Shown here: positions 52,811-64,000 of the stretch, in pieces
How positions within the stretch are numbered: the first letter of the stretch is position 1
Layout of the letters: the number at the start of each line of letters is the position of its first letter
NCBI GenBank assembly: GCA_951406725.2
Contig: OX597825.1
Span: 83,266,001-83,330,000 of the forward strand
DNA length: 64,000 bases
Origin: Octopus vulgaris
Taxonomy: Eukaryota
Direction: 5' to 3'
The notes under the pieces: generated by a model
The model's database searches: none
Seen by the model: the letters and a program-made list of their open reading frames with translations, nothing else
Told to the model about the DNA's origin: nothing
Translations under genes and position numbers: made by a program

Positions 52811-53222
52811 GCTATTGTTTATGCTGTTGGAGAGTTCATTAGGTAATCGCAATCCCGTTAATTGCTCCACATTTTAAGTTACTGCACAAGGAAATTGTTG
52901 TTGAAAATACAAATATTGTGGAGAAATATCAATTATTAAATAATTGTAGAGATTTTACTTATTTTTCTATTTGTCTTCGAAGTTATCTGTAATTTTGCGT
53001 GTCTGTTCATGAATTTATATAAAAATACTAATTCTTTTGGCTCTGCAATCCTGACAAGCGACTACCGATACCGAATTAACATCGATGTGTATAGAGAACA
53101 GGTTTATTTAATTTAGCTGAAAGCGCTAGATACGAGAAGTCTTTAACTTTATATCCTCCCTCAGTTCAAACTGAAGTATAATATATACAAACATACATGC
53201 ATATGGATATATGTGCGTCTAT

Positions 53223-53275
<53 letters not shown>

Positions 53276-54194
53276 CACACACATATATCCATATGTATAT
53301 ATGTATGTATCTATGAACGTATGCATGGTATGGCTGCCTTATTATCAAGCGTGATATTGATATTTTCCGGGGTATAATATATCGCTGCTGCAACAAACTT
53401 TAGTCTTTAAAGTTCATGATGAAATTAGAATCACTACAACGGATAATGTAAATTTAGATTAACAAGTTGTAAATATAAGTGAAGACTAATAACAGACACG
53501 CTCTCCTAAATCGAGCTCCATAACCTATTTCATACATTAAGCGAGAAGCAATTCTCATCTATTGGAATATCGCTGCTGATAATTACCATATATATTACAA
53601 CTGTTAGGCAGAGGAAATTAAAACTGTAATTCAAATCACCGTTATGGTTTTAGCTGCCAATTATATGCATATATAGAATATTATGGTCATGCTAAAACAT
53701 CATTTCGCTCAAGGCCACTTTTTCTTTCGCCATGATATTGCAGATGGCTGGCCGGCCGATTGAATGCATTCCGGCCGCGGCAGAAGTATCAACAACTCGT
53801 TCTATCCCTGTAAAATACAGATCAAAATCAATAGCGCAATTTAATAATGCTACAAGGGGGTGCCACAGAATGAAACCATACATTGCTATTGAGTGAAACC
53901 ATACGATGCTATTGAGCTATACTGTGAAGCTGTAGACTTGCTAAGAATACGTTAAGTTGCAGAAAAGGAACAGCGAGACATCGCAACATATTGTAAAAGG
54001 TTACCAGAAAACAAAAGACCAAGGGGTTAATTGCATGAACGTAGTTGATGAGAAACGACATAGAATAAGCAACATTTAGCAAATGTCACACCGCCTGCAT
54101 GTTTGACAGGAAATTAAGTAGTTTTGCCGTTTTCAAGGCTCGTGCATCATCAGAAGAAAAGAATAGAATTAAAGTGTAATAGGAATGTGAAAAA

Positions 54195-54427
54195 GGCGGT
54201 GAGCGGGCAGAAACATTAGCACGACGGGCGAAATGCTTAGCGGTATTTCGTCTGTCTTTACGTTCTGAGTTCAAATTTCACCGAGGTTGACTTTGCCTTT
54301 CATCCTTTCGTTGTTCGATAAATTGAGTACCAGTCACGCACTGGGGTCGATGTAAGCGACTTAATCCCTTTTTCTGTCCTTGTTTGTCCCGTCTATGTTT
54401 AGCCCCTTGTGGGCAATAAAGAAATAA
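54195..54427 (+). mobile_element. Full-length SINE family A
   Basis: Matches the other copies; imperfect target-site duplication AGGAAT(G/A)TGAAA. Confidence 0.9.
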
Positions 54428-55604
54428 GGAATATGAAAGAGGGAAAAAAGGTTGAAGGCATACACACACACACGCATGCACATCTATACATGTATGTAGT
54501 TATATACACACCTGCATATGCAAGCGCAGGCCACCAACTGTTATCCAATCGCTTAACTGTTAAAATTTGCCACTGTATCTCTCTAAACAAACATTACCGA
54601 TTTTATAAAACAGAACACAGTGACATTAGGTTGCTCTAGTGAATGATGGATGGTTACAGACGAATCGTGTTTCTTATAAGTATAGTAGCCATCCCGCTCC
54701 TATTTCCCTATAAAAACATACACTAATAAACTTATACACAAGTATTCGTTTTTGCACAAAGGCTACATTGAAGGTAGCACGTTCGTGCTTTCTATGTATA
54801 TATATTTTTTCAGGATTAAATAAAAAGACAAGGAACGGAAAGCATGTACCTTTTTATATAAAGTTTAAGTTATATACAAACAAACATATGCTAAATACAT
54901 AGACGAAGAGAAAACACTGACGGTTACCAATTCTTCATCAGTTATCGGCCAGAGGAGTCAAACGCAATTTCGGTCATTATCGATAATATTGCTTTCACTC
55001 TGGCGGCACAGACACGTAACTTACCGGGAATGTGACCTAAACATAACAAAACGAAACGGGCTCGAGACGAAACTGGTAGTGGCCGGACAAGGGACAAAAC
55101 AGTAAACAGAACAAAGGCTTAGGGTCACACGAAGGCAAACGAATAATAATGATAATACATATAGAATGTAAAGCCTTGGGGGCTGCAAAGATGGGTAACG
55201 CGAAAGAGAAACGAAAACTGCCCTAAAGGATCTTACACGGGAGGGGTAGATCGAGGAGCTGAGAAAGACGTGTCCAGTACGGTCGAAGGCAATATGGAAA
55301 AGACTGACACCACCTTGTGTGTGTGCGTGTGCGTACGAGCGCTTGTGTCTTGTATTGAAGCTGACAGGAACACGTAGGTCCTTCTTTCACGTGCATTTAT
55401 AGCTTACCAGCTACTAGTCCTTTGTTTTGTCACTGTCATTTACATTCTCTCAATTATGCCAAGCAGCATATTCATATTGAGGCCAACAAAATAAAATTTT
55501 CATCAGAAAAGGCGCCAAATTGTGATTTGCGGACGATAACTCATAAAGAAAGCGCATATCCATGTGTGGTCTTCTTTTGTTGTCTTTCTATACAATTTTG
55601 ACTC

Positions 55605-55612
55605 CTATATAC

Positions 55613-55698
<86 letters not shown>

Positions 55699-55714
55699 AT
55701 GTATTGTATCTGCA

Positions 55715-55755
<41 letters not shown>

Positions 55756-55771
55756 ATGTATATGTATCTGA

Positions 55772-55852
<81 letters not shown>

Positions 55853-55899
55853 CATATATGCACATACACACGTGAATATACATATACAAGATGCATAAT

Positions 55900-55956
<57 letters not shown>

Positions 55957-56421
55957 AGGGAAATCTTGTGGTTGACTGTGTATTTCACTGTGTGAGCATT
56001 TATGTCAATGAGGATGCTATTTATAATGAGCTATCAAAATTTAATACCCTTCATTTCAACCAGTTCAATCGGTCTCCGTATTACATTATTACATTAGACA
56101 CATTATTTATTTTAATATATATTTCATTTAGTTATTGCTGCGCTGCGAAAGCTCACCTTTCAATAGTTGACAAATTGTTATTGTTTAGCGGTTTGCTCAT
56201 CTGTGTCTCATATTCTGAAGCATTTGATGGCTTCTACGAAGTGTAATTATCTAACGGTGTAAACCAATTTAACCTTTCCTGTATTTGATTCCGGTAATTG
56301 AGAATAAATCAATGAATAAACGAAAAGACACATTTCCTTTGGGCTGCTTTGATGATGTTTTATTGGCGATGTCCAACCCAACCCAACCAATCAGACACAA
56401 CCTGTTCTCACACGTCACTAC

Positions 56422-56475
<54 letters not shown>

Positions 56476-56584
56476 CAGGAGAGAGACACAGAGAGAGAGG
56501 GATGTGTGCATGTAAAGGTATATATATATATATATATATACATATATACATATACATATATACACATATATATATATGTATATG

Positions 56585-56630
<46 letters not shown>

Positions 56631-56930
56631 TATATGTATATATGTGTATACGCATATATATACATGTATATGTATGTATATATATGCATATATATCCATA
56701 TATATAATCATATATATATTTATACGTATATATATTTACATATATATATATATATATATATGTATGTATATATATATTTATATACACATAGATATACCTA
56801 TATATATGTATATATATATATAAATATATATATATGTATATATATATTCATACATACATATATAATTATATATTTATACACACATATATACATGTATATA
56901 TATACATTGATATGTATGTATATATATTCT

Positions 56931-56961
<31 letters not shown>

Positions 56962-57020
56962 GCATTATGTATATATGTATATAAATATATACAAATATAC
57001 AAACATACACATATACAGAT

Positions 57021-57061
<41 letters not shown>

Positions 57062-57075
57062 CATATACGTACACA
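55605..57075. repeat. Two long degenerate (TA)n-rich tracts (55605-55955 and 56420-57075)
   Basis: Seen directly. Confidence 0.9.
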
Positions 57076-57327
57076 AATTATATACACGTGCGTATGCGTA
57101 TTAGGGTATCCACCACCGGAGAATTACACGGACAAGTACCACGCCGCAAAGCCATTATCGGATCGTAGTGTTTCTCGAATGATTGAAATGCGCTACTCCT
57201 TGTCATTATCGAATCGCACTCATTATGCACTTGTGTTCATTATCCAATCAAGCTTATTATCCAATCAAAGTTATTATCCAATCAAATCTTCGGCAGTGAT
57301 CTCCTTAAAATACACGCTCTATTATCA

Positions 57328-57380
57328 TTCTTCTTCTTCTTCTTCTTCTCCTTCTTCTTCTTCTTCTTCTTCTTCTTCTT

Positions 57381-57411
<31 letters not shown>

Positions 57412-57419
57412 TTCTATTC

Positions 57420-57471
<52 letters not shown>

Positions 57472-57490
57472 CATTATTATTATTATTATT
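57328..57490. repeat. (TCT)n followed by (ATT)n microsatellites
   Basis: Seen directly. Confidence 0.95.
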
Positions 57491-58181
57491 GTTATTTGTT
57501 ACTTGACGCTAAATTTAATGTCACTCCTAAATGTGTTGGAAAAATAGGTAAATACTATAATTGACGTATGGATTCTTGATCACCCTGGGTGTTTGGCTTA
57601 TTTCAAAAATTCTGGTTTATTTTGGTGACGTTTAGTTCTATTTCCATAGCGCTTCTCTTTCCGTTACATTATACTTACTTGACAGCTGTGCTTTCATTGG
57701 TTTTCCTTCTCTTGAACAAATAACTCTACTCACTACAGAATTACGAGTATATCCACTATTTCCTCTCCTTTCTTGTTTGGTTGTCACTCTGACTGAGACT
57801 ACAGATAATATCCGTCTACCTAACCGAAATCTTTTATTTTTAATTATACTGTTGTAGCTCTACTCAACGCATTGAGCTTTCACAAACTAACGTTAGATAT
57901 TTATTACAGCCATACAGATGCTACTTTTAATTGCTTTGGCCATCGATATTGCTGAAAATCGATGCAATGAATAAGTGCTACCAATAAGAATATATTAAAT
58001 CCGATTCCAGCAATTGATGTGCCTAAAGTAAAAGAGAGTTAATGCTTTATACGGAATACTCTTGTTAGAAAATACGTTTTGACTCGAATCAAAAAGTGAA
58101 TGTTGAAAAAAAGTAGACACAATATTCAACATAGTCAGAGAAAGCTATAGCAAAGAGCGATTATTTAAACATGAGACTCTG

Positions 58182-58675
<494 letters not shown>

Positions 58676-58678
<3 letters not shown>

Positions 58679-59102
58679 GCCCTGATGCAGTACCAGGCAG
58701 TGGTTCTCATGGTTCCTGATCTTAACTGATTGGAAGTGTTATCATGTACATTGTTTTGTCTTGCTATAAAAGATGGGCTACAGCAAATATTCTGCTCAAT
58801 ACCACAGATTTGCTTGTCAATTGTTTGATCTTAATCAGTTGAACATGTCCCTTAGTGGCTGACGATATGTGCATCTCTGATCACGAGCAGAGGTAGTAGG
58901 GGAGCATCATAGCCATGTGTTGAGAGGAATTCTGTGGGATTTGAATAATTCACTTCAGGAAACATGGGTGTTTCGTTCAACATCCTTAAACAACCCTTAT
59001 TCAGGGACCTTTTGAGCGGAATGGATTACTCGACCCGAAGAAAATTTTAACTGGGCCCCACCAGCAAGCTCATGTGCTGTTTATCTTGGTATGAGATCAC
59101 CA
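58676..59102. mobile_element. Interspersed repeat of unknown class adjoining (AAT)n, copy 2
   Basis: Overlaps in sequence with 9186-9325. Confidence 0.75.
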
Positions 59103-59319
59103 AGTTTGGTTTGGAGAGAACTAACCAATTAGGGCGATCCCAGTGTTTGAGTGTTGTTTTATTTATCGACCCTGGAATGGCGAAAAGCAATAATTGGCCT
59201 CAGTGTTAATTGAATTCAGAACGTTGAGTCAGACTATATATTTTATCCGACGCACCAAAGATTCTGCTTATTCGCCAGTAAGCAACTATTATCATTTTAT
59301 TTTCACAACAATCGTCCGA

Positions 59320-59580
59320 AACTTGAACTCAGAACGTAGCGGCAGACGAAATTTCTTTACTACCCACAAGGGGCTAAACACAGAGAGGGCAAACAAGGAC
59401 AGACAAACGGATTAAGTCGATTACATCGTCTCCAGTGCATAACTGGTACTTAATTTATCGATCCCGAAAGGATGAAAGCAAAGTCGACCTCGGCGGAATT
59501 TGAACTCAGATTGTAACGGCAAACGAAATACTTCAATGCATTTTGTCTGGGGTGCTAAAGTTTCTGCTACATCGCTGCCT
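59320..59580 (-). mobile_element. SINE family A with partial second unit
   Basis: One full unit plus a restart at TTTCGTCTGCCGCTACGTTCTGAG, as at 5652-6065. Confidence 0.88.
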
Positions 59581-61251
59581 TCTACGAAATATATACTGAA
59601 ACTGAAGAATGGCACGCTTCCGTTTTTGTTTTAGCGTTTTTGTTTTGATGTTTGAATCTTATAGACTGGTATATAATATCAATCCTGAATTATCGAAACA
59701 CAAAGCCTGTAAAACACCCCAACCTCAGTGTCATTGTGCTCAGCAGAATTCCTTATAGGCACACCTACTCGTTCCCAAAATTTTGGTGAGAGATCCATCG
59801 ACAAATATCGTATGATTCTTGAGTTATTTTGGCTTCGTGATATTTGCTGAAAATATTAAATAAATAACTCGTACAACAAAATTGTGAAGTAGAAAGATGA
59901 TGTGAGAATTCCGAATATTCTGATAATTTGATTTCGACATCTTAGAGTTGGCCGTTACTTTATAAGAGAAATTTATTTGATAGAAACTGTATATTATTAG
60001 AAAAAACGAATAAGTAAATGAGTGGAAATCGAACCACTGAGTGTTTTAAATAATAACGCACTAAAACAGAATGACACAATAATATATACATATGTGTGTT
60101 CATATATATATATGAATGTTTTGAGGATATACTGCTGCCTTATGCAGAGTTGTATATAATACAGTGTATGTTTAACCGCATTAACAGGTATCCACCATAG
60201 GACTCCCTTATGCTAGAAGGAACGGCTAAAGTTCAAACCCCTAATTAGGGATAAATTCTCGATGGGAATGATAAACAAAAACATTTAACATCTATTTCAT
60301 GGACGTTGGATTCTGAGTTTCTTTTAGCAAATAAAATAATTTGCCAGGCGAAGTCTTCGTCAACAGATACGCCAAGATTAAACATACGAACACGAGGACA
60401 ATCCAGCATATGTATTTTGCTTATACATTTTAACTTTTCAAATCCACCGCAAAAGCGCAGTTTTTTTGCCGGCAATTTCTTCGAACGAATGTTCCAGAAA
60501 TTATTATACATAATTAATAATATCAGGGTAATAAAGCTTTTAGAAATGTTTACTACCAGTTGCCTAGCGTATAATTATGTATAATGATTTCTGGAAATAA
60601 TGCTTATGTCGAAATCCACCTGTAATTTTCAAAGAAGAACGGAGATGCTGCAATTTGAAGGATTACAGTCCACTAATATATTTTCAGGTAGCATATTTAC
60701 AGCCGTTTTTCACCTTCGTCTTGCAGCTCTAAGCCTGTTAATTACCGCTCGGAAAAAGTCTCTCGTACCATTTGGACTTGACAATCTCCATTTTGTTCAC
60801 TCCAAAACTGTTACCGCAAATGTTTTATGAGATATATTGAAAACTGAGGGGTTACTCTTCAGCTTGTCCTTATTATGTATATATATGTATGTTTGTGTGT
60901 GTGTGAGACAATTTGTGTGTGAGACAATTCAGTGAATAAGAATTATATTACAGAAACATATGTATATATTTTTTTTATTCTGAAGTCAATTATGCAGTGT
61001 ATGTTTCTGCGGTGTTGATATTTCTCTATGTGTTACTCAGTCTGTTCATCTGGTTCACAGACTATAAAGCTTTATTCAAAGTTTTGCACATTCATGTAGC
61101 TTGTATCATTCGCTTTATTCATTGACTTATAGACTTGTCTTAAATATACAATCTGTAAACTGTTTATAAACTAACGAAGCGGACCCTGGATTTACCCATC
61201 GGATGAAATACTTTGGGACTTTTTACCTCTCGTAGTCGTTCGTTGTATCTT

Positions 61252-61300
<49 letters not shown>

Positions 61301-61809
61301 GGGTGTTTGCGTAAATTTAATGATACAATGTATTGTAAATTGCGCATTATGTTATGCGAATTTGGATTTCTCGACATGTGTGTGCGCATGCTCACTGATG
61401 TGTGATAAATAGGAGAATAAAACGAAATGTCTCCTACTTAGGTCCATACAAAAATCAAAGGGTCGAGATATCAGTGAGAATTTTCAATGAATTCAATTGA
61501 TTTCATATAACCATCCAACTCACACGTCAACAACATCTAAACTGTTTGTAAACACTATTTTCTGCTTAATTTTAATCTTCACTTTTTTCTTTCGTGTGTT
61601 ATTTAAGCCAACTTTTTATCTGAAACATTCAAACTTAAAGCAATCTATCAAAAGCCAAATCATTAGGATTCTTTGATCAGGAATGAAAAAACTTTCCTGT
61701 GTTGCCTATCCTTTTTCAGATAACCCCAGTTCAAAGTGCTGTAGGCACCGCTGAAAAGTTATGAAATAAATGGAATTCAATAAAGAAGCGTGTAACAAAA
61801 TAATCTTTT

Positions 61810-62000
61810 TTACTAAAGGTATAAGACTGAAATTTCGTGGGGATGGTGATGGCCGAATACGTCCAGCCTAGTACTTAATTTATTGACCCCGAAAGTTTGA
61901 AAGGCAAAATGGACTCTCAGTGGAATATAAACTCAGGTCGTACCAACGGTCTAAGCATTTTGTCCTGCGTGCTAACCATTCTGCCAATTTAACGCCTTGT
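61810..62000 (-). mobile_element. SINE family A-related, decayed
   Basis: gtacttaatttattgaccccgaaag...gaaaggcaaa. Confidence 0.7.
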
Positions 62001-62323
62001 ACGTTTAACACAATAATGCTGTATCTCTGGCATGGCTGATCGGCGAATGCATGGTTGTATAGTTAGGACCATCGATTTGCGACGACGCAGTTTTTGCTTT
62101 ATTACCTCTGCGCAGTGCCTTGGGTGCCTTGGCCTTCCATGCATTTTCTGTCAATCAAATTCTCTCAAAACCGCCCGGGGATTCTAGAAGTCACCTGTAC
62201 CGTGCGTGAGGTGACCGCCTTTGAATCTTCTATTGTCCTCTATTGCGTTTTCGTTCCATTTTTATATTCATATATGCATATAGCGGCGTACGTACACTTT
62301 TGCTCACCTTGTAAGTAAATAAG

Positions 62324-62384
<61 letters not shown>

Positions 62385-62678
62385 GAGAGAGAGATATTTA
62401 TACATGCGTATATATACAAATATGTGTATTGTGTGTATGCATGGTGTGTATGTGTTTGTATATGTGTGTCTGTGTATGTGTGTATGGGCGTATATGTGTA
62501 TGCGTGTTTGTACGCGCGCGCGTAGATATATGAACAAGCCGAACGAATTAACATATTTTACATATATTTTATAATTGGAACAGTATTGTGTTTGTCAACA
62601 GGTTTCGCTTTCGCTAATTATCACAGTGAAATTATTGTAACGTCGTATTTTCATTAGAAAATACGAGTCCATCTTGTG

Positions 62679-62976
62679 TACGGTAGTTTGTGAATGAATC
62701 AGCAAGTACAAAATTCTAAGGGGGAGGGGGTAATTCTTGATTGTTATTATTCAGAACAGGGGTGGTAACTCCTGAATTTTGGTGGAAAGGATTGATAAAG
62801 ATACAATTATTTAGTGTGTAAATATTTCATCTCACTACTATAGCTTTTGAGTTTTGTATATTTATTTATCCCATCTCCAAAAATGACCACTAACCTCCTC
62901 TGTCCTAGATAATAACGATCACCAATTACCTCCCATTAGAATTTTTTACTTGTTGGTTCATTCACAAACTCCCATA
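62679..62976. mobile_element. Foldback MITE with TA target-site duplication
   Basis: About 125-bp imperfect arms (AGTTTGTGAATGAA.CA.CAAGTA.AAAATTCTAA...) flanked by TA at both ends. Confidence 0.8.
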
Positions 62977-63121
62977 CAGGGCATGAAAGTCCGAAATTAC
63001 AATGATATCAATGTAATGATTAGCGAAAGTGAAACCGGTCGACAAGCAATACTCTTTCACTTATGAAATATATTCAAAAAATATATTAAAACTATGTAAA
63101 TTGTTTGCATTTTCCTTCTGT

Positions 63122-63173
<52 letters not shown>

Positions 63174-63809
63174 TTATATAGATGTGTGTGTATGTGTTTA
63201 TGTATGGTTATAAGTATATATGTGTAAGTGTGCTGGTATCCTTTTGTATGTACATTTGTAATTAAAAACTTCCTATTTAAACACTGAATAACTAAAATTA
63301 ATATTTCATTTTGAAAACCGCTTTTAAGCGAGAAATCCGCTTTTAAGCGAGAAACACCTATCACATTCACTTTTGTAAGCACCCTATAAACATCTAAATA
63401 TTAAAGTGGAAATATGTGTGCTTATATTACTATATATATATATATATATATATGTATCCATACACACACACTTAAACACAGACAAACATATTGGAAGGAA
63501 AATGTACATATATATCTATACGTGCGTACGTGTGTGTGTATGTGTGTGTGTGTATGTATATATGATCTTGGTTGTTGGCTACATACTTGCTCATAGCTAA
63601 GTGAAATTTGCTACATGTGCAGGTTTTCCCAAGAAATAGTTCAAGGTTTATGTGTCCCTTTTCTAAAACTTCCTCGTACTTTTACACAGTTAACAATATG
63701 AGACTAATAGAAATGCATTGAATGAAACAACCTTGAAGTGTTAGTGACATGTTTAGAAAAAGGGTTCTCGAATTATCAACTCTATTTCAATGACAATAAA
63801 TGGGTTCCA

Positions 63810-63825
63810 GAGTGAGAGAGAGAGA

Positions 63826-63901
<76 letters not shown>
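63810..63901. repeat. (GA)n microsatellite
   Basis: Seen directly. Confidence 0.97.
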
Positions 63902-63902
<1 letters not shown>

Positions 63903-64000
63903 AATATTAGCCGCAATAAATGAAACGGAAAACGAGCTGCAGCTAAAGATTTCAAAAATCTTCCGCAGGAATCCATTACGTCTAACTCGAGTAAATTTCT

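Noticed and set aside
53871-53915. Short tandem duplications (also 35471-35508, 57240-57286, 63318-63354)
   Set aside because: Two or three units of 15-23 bp are ordinary slippage products.
62150-62260. Possible CR1 RT motif (QVTSRIPG, resembling VTSGIPQG) on the minus strand
   Set aside because: Too short and degenerate to call.

Overview
AT-rich, microsatellite-dense eukaryotic DNA. The repeat content looks like an octopus (coleoid cephalopod) genome; this is inferred from the tRNA-derived SINE families and not checked against a database. I find no intact host protein-coding gene. Almost all listed ORFs are translations of (TA)n, (CA)n, (GAT)n or (AAT)n microsatellites or of decayed transposons. 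Supported content: at least 4-5 tRNA-headed SINE families; fragments of R4/Dong-like, RTE, Tx1/L1 and CR1-like LINEs; mariner, Tc1 and rosa-like DNA transposon relics; one non-autonomous Helitron; several foldback MITEs; and Penelope-like remnants with minimal hammerhead ribozyme motifs. The most notable structures are a set of atypical hammerheads (CUGUNGA core, long stem II, and a 294-bp tandem dimer resembling a retrozyme), a 1.6-kb nested inverted duplication, an 88-bp-arm palindrome, a cryptic 16-bp-period array of X-box-like palindromes, and a candidate promoter/first exon near 30.9-31.1 kb. All alignments and coordinates were done by eye, so element boundaries are approximate.
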